Shown: piece after piece, positions 55,919 through 64,000 of the stretch
Numbering within the stretch: the first letter of the stretch is position 1
Layout of the letters: every line of letters starts with the position of its first letter
Origin: a virus
IMG/VR virus record: IMGVR_UViG_3300028840_003717
Length of the DNA stretch: 64,000 nt
Strand: one strand, 5' to 3'
The notes under the pieces: model-generated
What the model saw: the letters and a program-made list of their open reading frames with translations, nothing else
Databases searched by the model: none
Told to the model about the DNA's origin: nothing
Translations under genes and position numbers: made by a program

Positions 55919-56212
55919 ATGGACGTCCATTATGAGGAAAAAACCGGCGGAGCAACGTTCGCGGCCGGTGAGGTCAAGCTGGCCTTTGTGGCCAGGCGGC
56001 TGTGGCTCCGCCACGTGGCCGGAGCTGGGGTGGCGGAGGTATCGATCGGTGAGGACTACGCCACCACCCACGTCAAGCTGGAGGGCCTGTCCGCGGGACT
56101 CCAGGGGACCCATCCCCATGAGGTGGAGATCGTGGCCACGTCCGGGAAGGGTGTCTCCAAGCTGGCCGTGAAGGGGGCCGCGGAGACCGTGGCGATCAGG
56201 GCTACGTCATGA
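55919..56212 (+). CDS. Hypothetical protein
   Basis: SD GGAGG; ATGA overlap with the portal gene. Confidence 0.6.
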   Translation: MDVHYEEKTGGATFAAGEVKLAFVARRLWLRHVAGAGVAEVSIGEDYATTHVKLEGLSAGLQGTHPHEVEIVATSGKGVSKLAVKGAAETVAIRATS

Positions 56213-58038
56213 GCCAGGCGGCGGAGGAAGCCCACCTCCGGCTGGTGGTGTCACAGTCCGGCTCCACGGCGGACGGCCTGGAGCTGACCAGGGACCGGCT
56301 GTTGAAGGGTGAGGAGCTGGTGGCCCAGCGGTCCAACCTCCAGGACACGGCCACGTCCATGGCCCAGGCTTTCGGTGAGGCCGGGACCATCCCCCCACCC
56401 TTTGAGCCCTTGGTCCTGGTCCGCCTCTACGGGGTGTCCAACAGCCTCCGCCAGAACGTGGACGCCCTGGTCCACAACGTCCACGGAGGGGGGTTCACGT
56501 TTGAGCCTGTCCTGGACCTGGACGCAAGTGAGACCAGGGAGACGGTCCGGATGGCCATGGAGATGGACCGGGAGCGTAGGGCGGAGATGGAGGCCGGGGA
56601 CAAGGACCCGGAGCCCATCAACCCGGTGACGGACCAGGAGGTGGATGAGCGGATCGAACAACTCCGGAACCAGTCCCGCCGGGAACGGGTCCGCCTCAAA
56701 GCGTTCTTTGACTATGCCGTCCGTGAGTCCAGTTTCGTCCGTCTCCGTCGCCAGGTGGGGGTGGACGCGGAGACAATCGGGTGGGGGGCCTTTGAGGTCC
56801 TACGGAACGCCAGGGGGGAGCCCAAGCGGCTCCGCTATGCTCCGGCCTGGACCCTCCGGGCCTTGCCACGGGCCAGGGAGGCCGTGGAGGTCAAGGACGT
56901 GGTGAGGACCACGGACGTGACGTGGGAGGAGATCACGGACACCAAGGCGTTCCGCCTCTACGTCCAGATCTATGAGGGCCGGTCCGTCTACTTCAAAGAA
57001 TACGGGGACCCCAGGACCGTGTCCTCCATGACCGGCCGGGTCTACAAGGACCCCAAGGACATGGAGGGAGCGGAGCCCAACGCCAGGCCGGCCACGGAGC
57101 TGTTGTGGTTCCGCCTGGACAACCCGGAGTCCGACGTCTACGGCCTGGTCCGATGGTCCGGGACCATCCTGTCCGTCCTGGGGAGCCGGGAACAGGAGGA
57201 GGTCAACCTCCTGTTCTTTGACAACAAGGCCATCCCCCCCTTGGTGGTCATGGTGTCCGGAGGTCACCTGGCGGCGGACGCGAAAGAGGAGCTACAACAG
57301 CTCATCAAGGACCACATCAAGGGCTCCCGTAACTTCCACCGAATCCTCATCTTGGAGGCGGAGGCCCAGGCCGGGACAGCTCCCCTGTCCGGCCTCCCCG
57401 GCCAACAGTCTGTCCGGATAGAGATCAAGCCCCTGACGGACGCGATCTTCAAGGACCAGATCTGGCCGGAGTATGACCGGGACAACAGGAGCAAGGTGGG
57501 TGAGTCATTCCGCGTCCCCCCCATCCTCCGGGGTGTGAGCCGGGACCAGAACAGGTCCACGGCCGGGTTCGCCTGGCGGATCACGGAGGACCAGGTGTTC
57601 CAGCCGGACCGGGATGACTTCGACTTTGAGATCAACCGGACCCTCCTCCGTGATCTCCGTGTCCACCTGTGGACCTTCAAGTCCAAGTCCACCTATCGTC
57701 CGGACCCGGAGGAGGTCCTGGGGAAGGCCGGGGAGCTGACACAGGCCATCCTCACCCCCCAGGAGGCCCGTGGGATCGTGGCGGCGGCCCTTGGGGCTGA
57801 CCTCCCCAGGGTGGACGCCACGTGGGCCAAGCTCCCCCTCCGGTATGCCCTGGCCGGGTTTGAGACGGAGGAGGCGGAGGCGGAGGCCACTACCCCCTCC
57901 CGGCCCGTTGACACCCCACCCCAGGAGGACACGGAGGAGCCGGCCGATGAGGCGGACCTCCCCGTCTCCAGGGTCAAGGTGTCTCCTGATACGTTCCGCC
58001 GGCTGTTCCCGGCGGACGTCCCGTCCGGAGACCGATGA
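56209..58038 (+). CDS. Portal protein (PBSX/HK97-like)
   Basis: PPPFEPL; DAETIGWGAFEVLRN..LRYAP; YGLVRW..NLLFFDNKAIPPLVVMVSGG; FRVPP..G; LTPQEAR. Confidence 0.9.
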   Translation: MSQAAEEAHLRLVVSQSGSTADGLELTRDRLLKGEELVAQRSNLQDTATSMAQAFGEAGTIPPPFEPLVLVRLYGVSNSLRQNVDALVHNVHGGGFTFEPVLDLDASETRETVRMAMEMDRERRAEMEAGDKDPEPINPVTDQEVDERIEQLRNQSRRERVRLKAFFDYAVRESSFVRLRRQVGVDAETIGWGAFEVLRNARGEPKRLRYAPAWTLRALPRAREAVEVKDVVRTTDVTWEEITDTKAFRLYVQIYEGRSVYFKEYGDPRTVSSMTGRVYKDPKDMEGAEPNARPATELLWFRLDNPESDVYGLVRWSGTILSVLGSREQEEVNLLFFDNKAIPPLVVMVSGGHLAADAKEELQQLIKDHIKGSRNFHRILILEAEAQAGTAPLSGLPGQQSVRIEIKPLTDAIFKDQIWPEYDRDNRSKVGESFRVPPILRGVSRDQNRSTAGFAWRITEDQVFQPDRDDFDFEINRTLLRDLRVHLWTFKSKSTYRPDPEEVLGKAGELTQAILTPQEARGIVAAALGADLPRVDATWAKLPLRYALAGFETEEAEAEATTPSRPVDTPPQEDTEEPADEADLPVSRVKVSPDTFRRLFPADVPSGDR

Positions 58039-59381
58039 CCAGCATGGCCAACGGAGGGCCGGTGACGGAGGCCGGCCTGGTCACGGACCTGGACTTCCGG
58101 TGGCTCCCCCCGGCGGAGCGTCAATTCTTCAAGCTGTCCCCGTTCCAGCTCACCGTGGCTCCAGGAGGCCACAGGGGGCCGCGGAGGATGGGGAGGGTCC
58201 TCCTGTCCGCCTGGGCCGGAGAAGGCGTTGTGAGCCGGCTGGGGAGGGCCAGTGACGGCGACACCAGGCGGATGGCCCTGGAGCTGGCGGAGCTGACCGG
58301 TGACCCCGTGGTGGTGGGGGAGGTGGACTCCGTGGAGGGTGTGGCTGGGGAGCCGGTCTACAAGGCGATCGGGATGGTGACGATGGCCAAGGCCAGGGAC
58401 CCCCTGTCCCCGGAGGCTTGGGTCCAGGAGGTCACCAGGCTGGCGGCCAGGCTGGGGGTGTTCGCGGAACAGGAGGCGGCCCACCTCACGGCGGAGGCCA
58501 TGGAGTGGTTCCGGTTTGATTTCGAGGATGCTACCGGACGCCAGATCGCCACGGCCACAGGTGGCCTCCGCGGGACCCTGGCCTCCCCCAGGGGGACCAT
58601 GGTCCGGAGCCAACAGGTAGCCATCACCAGGGCGCTACGGGCCGTCATGGCTCAAACCGGAGCCGGGTGGGCCAGGCTCCCGGAGATGGCCCCCAGGCTG
58701 GGCTCCACGTTCAACCTCCCGGACCGGCGGATCGCTCAATCCATGGCCCGTCATCATGGGTTCTGGGTTCGGAACCAATACGGCCGTGTGAGTCAATCCC
58801 TGGCCCGTCAGGCCCAGCCCATCATCCAACAGGGGATCAGCCAAGGGTTGGGCCGGGACACGATCGGCAAGGAGCTGGAACGCCAGATCCAGGGCGGCCT
58901 TCAGATGAGGTGGTATTGGCGGATCGTGGCGGCCAACCACATCTCCAGGGCCAGGTCCTACGCGGCCGGCTACACGATGAGGGCCGCGGGGATCACCCAC
59001 TACCGGATAGAGGCCATCCTGGACGAAGCCACCACCGAAACCTGTTTGATGCTCCACAATCGCTTGATGCCCATTGACGGGGCCATGGCCCGTCAGGAGG
59101 CCATCATGAGGGACCCGTCCCCGGACGGGGTCCTGTGGAATCAGCCTTTCATGAAACAGGGTGTCAACCCGGAGACGGGGGAGGAGGAGCTGTTCCTGGA
59201 GTATCCGGACAACACCAGGGCCACCGTGGCCACCGTCCAGGAACGTGGGGCCGGGACCGGCTCACCGGGGCGCTACTCCAACGTGATGAACAGCCAACAG
59301 ATGGTGTCCTCAGCCATTGGGTTCCCCCCCTATCACCATGCTTGCCGGACCACCCTGATCGCGGAAGTGGGGCCGGTGTGA
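58035..59381 (+). CDS. Head morphogenesis protein (MuF / SPP1 gp7-like)
   Basis: RIVAANHISRAR..YRIEAILDEATTETC..PPYHHACRTTL; follows the portal. Confidence 0.85.
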   Translation: MTSMANGGPVTEAGLVTDLDFRWLPPAERQFFKLSPFQLTVAPGGHRGPRRMGRVLLSAWAGEGVVSRLGRASDGDTRRMALELAELTGDPVVVGEVDSVEGVAGEPVYKAIGMVTMAKARDPLSPEAWVQEVTRLAARLGVFAEQEAAHLTAEAMEWFRFDFEDATGRQIATATGGLRGTLASPRGTMVRSQQVAITRALRAVMAQTGAGWARLPEMAPRLGSTFNLPDRRIAQSMARHHGFWVRNQYGRVSQSLARQAQPIIQQGISQGLGRDTIGKELERQIQGGLQMRWYWRIVAANHISRARSYAAGYTMRAAGITHYRIEAILDEATTETCLMLHNRLMPIDGAMARQEAIMRDPSPDGVLWNQPFMKQGVNPETGEEELFLEYPDNTRATVATVQERGAGTGSPGRYSNVMNSQQMVSSAIGFPPYHHACRTTLIAEVGPV

Positions 59382-59602
59382 TCCTGGCCGTGGCCATCAT
59401 CCTGGCCGTCCTGGTCCTCCTGGACCTCCGTGACATCCTCGAATCCGATCGGTCATAGGTAGTGGTGGAGGCCCCGGCCTGACCAGGTGAAGGCTGACCA
59501 GGACCAGGCCGGAGCCCCCGGGAGGGGAATGGCCTGTCCGGCCTACCACGGGGCGGAGGGCCAGGTCCAGATCTGCTATGGTCCCTCCCCAGGAGGTAGA
59601 GG

Positions 59603-60052
59603 ATGACAAGCAACCTGACGGCCCCCGGACGGATTCTTCAGGACCATGAGCTGGAGGAGGTCCGGGCCAAGATCACGGACACGGTCATGGAGACGTTCCG
59701 GCTCCGGCCCATGCCGTCCGGCAACATCACGGAGAAGGAACTACAGGACCGGCTGGACGTCACCGTGGAGATCTGGAACCACCTCTATGGTGTGTGTCGA
59801 TGGAGCCGGGATCGGGCCATGGACCACCTCCAGCCCCTCCTCCTGGCCTGTATCGACGGAGCCAACCTCCAGGACCAGCTCCCGGAGCCGGAGGAGGAGA
59901 TCAGGGAGGGGACTGTGGGCTGGGCTCCGGAGGTGATCCAGAAGGCGGAGGCGGAGCGTAGGCTGTCCGCCCTGGCCGTGGGAGAAGGCCACGTGATACA
60001 ACAGGGGGAGCCCCCGTGTGGGGAAAACGACGACACAGGAGGACAGGGATGA
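59603..60052 (+). CDS. Hypothetical protein
   Basis: GGAGGTAGAGGATG start context. Confidence 0.6.
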   Translation: MTSNLTAPGRILQDHELEEVRAKITDTVMETFRLRPMPSGNITEKELQDRLDVTVEIWNHLYGVCRWSRDRAMDHLQPLLLACIDGANLQDQLPEPEEEIREGTVGWAPEVIQKAEAERRLSALAVGEGHVIQQGEPPCGENDDTGGQG

Positions 60053-60552
60053 CCGTGGAGACCATCGATCAGGTGTTCGGAGCTGGTGAGCCGGAGACCA
60101 CGGAGATCAGCCTCACCAAGGGAGCGGACTTGGTCCGTGGGGCCGTGTCCAAGGCCGTGGCGGAGGGGACCCCCCAGGAGGTCACCAAGGCCATCACCCA
60201 ACGGGCCTACCACCTCACCAAGGCCATGGCGGCGGCCCCCGATGACGGCGACACCATCACCGTGGACGCGGACCTCCTGAAGGCCCTGGAGGCGGACGCG
60301 GCGGACGCGGTGGTCACCGGCTCCATGACGGAGGCCATGGAGCGGCTGACCAAGATGATGGCCCCGGCGGACGTGGACAGGACGGACGTGGACAAGGCGG
60401 ACCCCAAGCCGGACCAGGGTGGACAGCCCCCGGCGGACGCCACCCCGGACGGGGACGTGGCCTGGCCATCGGACCTCAACACGGCCCCGGACCCGGACGG
60501 CCTGGACGATTGGGGGAGGGACCCGGACCTCAACGCGGCCGGCCAGGAGTAG
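60049..60552 (+). CDS. Hypothetical acidic head-region protein
   Basis: SD AGGAGG; ends WPSDLN..WGRDP. Confidence 0.6.
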   Translation: MTVETIDQVFGAGEPETTEISLTKGADLVRGAVSKAVAEGTPQEVTKAITQRAYHLTKAMAAAPDDGDTITVDADLLKALEADAADAVVTGSMTEAMERLTKMMAPADVDRTDVDKADPKPDQGGQPPADATPDGDVAWPSDLNTAPDPDGLDDWGRDPDLNAAGQE

Positions 60553-60625
60553 TCCCGGCGGCCCCCCAGCCCTCACCCCCCCCCACAGGCTGGCCCGTGG
60601 AGGCTGGCCACCACGGAGGACCGCG

Positions 60626-62722
60626 ATGGAGACCAGGACGGTGGCCGTGACGGCCGATGATGACAAGGCCCTCCAGGCGGCCCAGGCGGCGGCCATGGAC
60701 CTGGTGGAGGCGGCCCGGACGTGGGCCTCCAGGACCCTGGAGGTGGTCAAGGCCCCCCTGGCCCTGGTGGTGGAGATCAGTGAGGTCCCCAACAGGGCGG
60801 CCGTCCTGGCGGCGGAGCTGGCCAAGCTCACCCCGGAGCGGACCACCAAGGCCGGACAGGACGGTCCGTTCCTTGACGCGGTGGACGCCCTGGTCCAGGC
60901 CCTCCAGGCCCTCCGGCCTGTCCTGGTCCGAATCGAGGCCCCCCAGGCGGAGGCCGTGGCCGTGGCCACAGGGTGGCTGTTGAGCCTCCAGGACCTGGTG
61001 GACAGGGCGGAGGAGGCCAGGGCGGAGACCACCAAGGCCGTCCCCGGCGGCGGAGTCCACGCCCACAGCCTGGACGTGGACCAGGACGGAGACCACGTCC
61101 ACCTCCTCCGGCTGTCATCGGGGGAGCTGGTCCTCACCGGCCGGGACGGAGCCCACAGCCACAACATGAACCACCTGGCGGCCGGTGTCCCCGGCGGAGC
61201 CCACGGCCACACGTTCCGGCTCCCGGACGGCCGTGAGCTGGCCGTGGCTCCAGGCGGCCCCCACCTCCATGAGGTGGAGGGGGAGACGGAGACCACCCAC
61301 GGCGGAGTCCACGTTCATGAGGTGGAGGTGGACGGGGAGGCCCTGTCCACCCTCCTCCCGGAAACGGCCGTGGACAAGGCCAGGGAGGAGCTGTTCAAGC
61401 TCCGTGGCCTGTGGGGGAGCCCAGCCGGGAAAACCAAGATCGCGGCCTACATCAAGGGCCGGCTCCCGGCGGACGTCCACACCTATGTTGAGCCCTTCGC
61501 CGGTGGAGCGGCCGTGTTCTTTTCCAGGGAGGAGCCCTCCCCGGTGGAGGTCCTGGCGGACGCCCACCCCCTGGTGGCCGGGGCCTTCAAGTTTGTCCGG
61601 GACGCCACGGAGGAGGACATCAAGCGGCTGGAGGAGATGGACTGGTCAGGCTCCGTCCGCCAGGCCACCAAGGTCCTGGAGATGGAGCCCAGGGATGAGG
61701 TGGAGCGTTTCTACCGGTTCGCCTATCGCCGGTGGGCCAGCTTCTTCCGCCAGGGGGAGGCTCCGGACCTCCACTATGACCGGACCGTGGACGGCAAGGC
61801 GGCCACCCTTATGGCCCGGTTCCGTGGCGTCCAGGAACGTCTCCAGGGGGTCCACATCCGGGAGGCGGACTACAAGGCCGTGGTCCAGGAATTCGACGGG
61901 CCGGACACGTTCTACTACCTGGACCCACCCTATGAGGGGTTCACCCAACAGGTGGGGGAGGAGGGCTTCTCCACGGAGGAGCTGGTCAAGGTCCTCCAGG
62001 GGGTCAAGGGCCGGTTCCTCCTCCACTACGGGGCGGACCGTGAGGAGGACTTCCTGGGCCATGGGTGGACGGTCCGTGTCCTGGAGACCAGCCGGACCCC
62101 AGGCGGAGCGGCTGGCGGACGTGACGGGACCAAGCTGTTGGAGGTCCTGAATTACTCCCCGGACCCCCAGGCTGACACCGGCAAGGTGGCCAAGGCGGCG
62201 GACCGTCCACACGGAGCTGTCCTCCCCGTGGTCAAGTCCGATCGTCCGGAGGAGGAGCGTTATATCCTGGGGGTGGTCCTGGAGCCCAATGACGGAGGGC
62301 CTGGTGTTCCCTTGGCCCCGGACACACAGGGGGACGTCTACTCCGCGGAGGAGATCCGCCAGGCGGCCCACCTGTTCATGGAGCACTACCGGAACCTGGG
62401 CCACCAACACCGGGAGCTGGTCACCGGCGGCAAGCTCCGGATCTTGGAATCCTACGTTGCCATGGTGGACATGGTGGTCCTCCCTGACGGACGGGCCGTG
62501 GGGGTTCCCAACCTCCTGGACGTGATCCGGACGGGGGAGATAGAGATCCCACCGGAGGCCCAGCTCATTTACCGCGGGACGTGGCTGTTGGGGATGAGGG
62601 TGGTGGATGATGACCTGTGGGAGGACTTCAAGGCCGGCCGGATCACGGGCCTGTCCATCGGAGGCTCCGCCAGGAGGGTCCAGGAGGCGGCCCCGGCTGG
62701 TGTGAGCCCAGATCCTACTTGA
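60626..62722 (+). CDS. Fusion: His-rich GxHxH repeats + Dam/D12-class DNA adenine methyltransferase + XkdF-like prohead protease
   Basis: GSPAGK..YVEPFAGGAAVFF..YYLDPPY; then ERYILGVVLEP..DTQGDVYSAEEIRQAAHLFM..HQH..ESY..GTWLLG..LWEDFKAGRITGLSIGG; one open frame. Confidence 0.85.
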   Translation: METRTVAVTADDDKALQAAQAAAMDLVEAARTWASRTLEVVKAPLALVVEISEVPNRAAVLAAELAKLTPERTTKAGQDGPFLDAVDALVQALQALRPVLVRIEAPQAEAVAVATGWLLSLQDLVDRAEEARAETTKAVPGGGVHAHSLDVDQDGDHVHLLRLSSGELVLTGRDGAHSHNMNHLAAGVPGGAHGHTFRLPDGRELAVAPGGPHLHEVEGETETTHGGVHVHEVEVDGEALSTLLPETAVDKAREELFKLRGLWGSPAGKTKIAAYIKGRLPADVHTYVEPFAGGAAVFFSREEPSPVEVLADAHPLVAGAFKFVRDATEEDIKRLEEMDWSGSVRQATKVLEMEPRDEVERFYRFAYRRWASFFRQGEAPDLHYDRTVDGKAATLMARFRGVQERLQGVHIREADYKAVVQEFDGPDTFYYLDPPYEGFTQQVGEEGFSTEELVKVLQGVKGRFLLHYGADREEDFLGHGWTVRVLETSRTPGGAAGGRDGTKLLEVLNYSPDPQADTGKVAKAADRPHGAVLPVVKSDRPEEERYILGVVLEPNDGGPGVPLAPDTQGDVYSAEEIRQAAHLFMEHYRNLGHQHRELVTGGKLRILESYVAMVDMVVLPDGRAVGVPNLLDVIRTGEIEIPPEAQLIYRGTWLLGMRVVDDDLWEDFKAGRITGLSIGGSARRVQEAAPAGVSPDPT

Positions 62723-62767
62723 CCTCACCTTGGGTGGTGGTGTGTGATATAGTCCCACGTTAGAACG

Positions 62768-64000
62768 ATGGCACACCCCCTCACCGATCAGAGTGACGAA
62801 GCCCAGGGGACGGCCGGTCCCGATCAGGCGGAGAGTTTTGTCCACAGGCTCACGGACCTCCTAGTTGAGGAAGTGTCCGCGGTGGACAGGGCGGCCAACC
62901 GGCGGACCATCGTGGTCAGAAAAAGAGACAACGGAGGGACCATGCTTGGACAGGCAATCCATGACGGGGCGGAGCCCACCAGGGACATCGATCCCACCTG
63001 GACCGTGGACGTGACCAAGGAAACGCCCCCGGAGGCCCAGGGAGGCCCCCAGGACGGCGACAAGGCCCAGGGGCAGGGTGAGGGCCGGGACGGAGCTGAC
63101 GGCGGCCAGGGTGGCCAGGACAAGGCCGTGTGGACGGACGCCTACATCAACGACCTTCCGGACTCCGCGTTCCTCTACGTCGCCCCCGGTGGGGAGAAGG
63201 ACGCGGACGGGATGACCACCCCCAGGTCCCTCCGCTACTTCCCGGTGAGGGACGACAAGGGGGAGCTGGACCTCCCCCACGTCCGGAACGCCCTGTCCAG
63301 GATTCCCCAGGCGGACATCCCCCAGGAGGCCAAGGACGCGGCCAAGGCAGAGGCGGAGAAATACCTGGAGGAGCTGACGGCGGAGGCCCAGGAGGGTGAG
63401 GAGGCCGCGAACGGTCAGGACGGCCAGGACAAGGCCGTGGACACCCCGGACGGCCAGGAGGCCGGTGACACCGGGTCCGAGGGCCAGGATGGCCAGGACG
63501 CGGCCGGAGCCGGTGACGTGGCCAAGGCCCTGGCCCCGGTCCTGAAGGCCATGGGGGCGGAGCCGGAGGACAAGGCCAGGGACCTCCTGTGGATGGCCAT
63601 GGATGAGATCGGCCGGGGAGCCCTCCGGTCCGATGAGGACAAGGCGGCCGTGTCCGGCCTCCTGGACGCCCTCCGTGGGGCCGTGATGAAGGCGGAGGCC
63701 CCGGAGGCCCAGGACGCGGACTCCGGCTCCACCGGGGCGGACAAGGCCACGGCGGAGGTCATGGAGGCCGTCAAGCTTCTCCAGGTGGCCCTGGGCCGGA
63801 TGGTGGCCGGGGAGTCCCTGGACGCGGAGGCCCATGAGGCCGTGGCCCGTGCTCATGAGATCCTGTCCGCCTCCACCAGCTCCGATGAGCCGGCGGCGGA
63901 GGGTGATGGCCAGGACCAGGCGGAGATGGCGGACCGTGAGGAGACGGCCAAGGCCGGGGCCAAGATGTCCGCGGCCAACCGGCGGAAGTTCAGGGACGCC
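62768..64000 (+). CDS. 3'-partial head protease/scaffold-type protein
   Basis: Translated by hand from ATG 62768: RLTDLLVEEVSAVDRAAN; AYINDLPDSAFLYV..RYFPV..LDLPHVRNALSRI; acidic linkers; I saw no stop before the window end. Confidence 0.7.
   Translation, partial: MAHPLTDQSDEAQGTAGPDQAESFVHRLTDLLVEEVSAVDRAANRRTIVVRKRDNGGTMLGQAIHDGAEPTRDIDPTWTVDVTKETPPEAQGGPQDGDKAQGQGEGRDGADGGQGGQDKAVWTDAYINDLPDSAFLYVAPGGEKDADGMTTPRSLRYFPVRDDKGELDLPHVRNALSRIPQADIPQEAKDAAKAEAEKYLEELTAEAQEGEEAANGQDGQDKAVDTPDGQEAGDTGSEGQDGQDAAGAGDVAKALAPVLKAMGAEPEDKARDLLWMAMDEIGRGALRSDEDKAAVSGLLDALRGAVMKAEAPEAQDADSGSTGADKATAEVMEAVKLLQVALGRMVAGESLDAEAHEAVARAHEILSASTSSDEPAAEGDGQDQAEMADREETAKAGAKMSAANRRKFRDA

Noticed and set aside
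1-64000. Integrase, att site, tRNA or DNA polymerase
   Set aside because: None recognised by eye; lifestyle cannot be determined from this window.

Overview
A roughly 70% GC segment of a tailed dsDNA phage or prophage with a contractile-tail (myovirus-like) baseplate. Almost all real genes are on the + strand. Order: baseplate, tail and fibre genes plus a lipoprotein metalloprotease (1-9.2 kb); non-coding region A (9.2-10.9 kb); early, recombination, replication and accessory genes (11-49 kb), including a MoxR/RavA AAA+ ATPase with a VWA partner, a PD-(D/E)XK nuclease + AAA_24 + SSB module, primase-helicase, RuvC-like resolvase, DNA methylase, ParB-like protein and an Arr-like ADP-ribosyltransferase; small and large terminase, the latter with a LAGLIDADG intein (49-52.6 kb); non-coding region B (52.6-53.7 kb); a lysis cassette with an inverted endolysin; then portal, MuF-like head protein, a Dam-like methylase fused to an XkdF-like prohead protease, and a protease/scaffold gene running off the end. 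Main observations: (1) a group I intron splits the MoxR ATPase just after Walker B and carries an antisense HNH gene in P8; (2) regions A and B share a ~375 bp diverged but essentially ungapped inverted repeat that brackets the 43 kb non-structural block; (3) the methylase-prohead protease fusion; (4) strong depletion of GCGC and CTGC/GCAG; (5) a recurring AGGTAGAG start motif. I saw no integrase, tRNA, CRISPR array or reverse transcriptase. All family assignments come from motifs recognised by eye, not from database searches. A myxobacterial/deltaproteobacterial host is only a guess.
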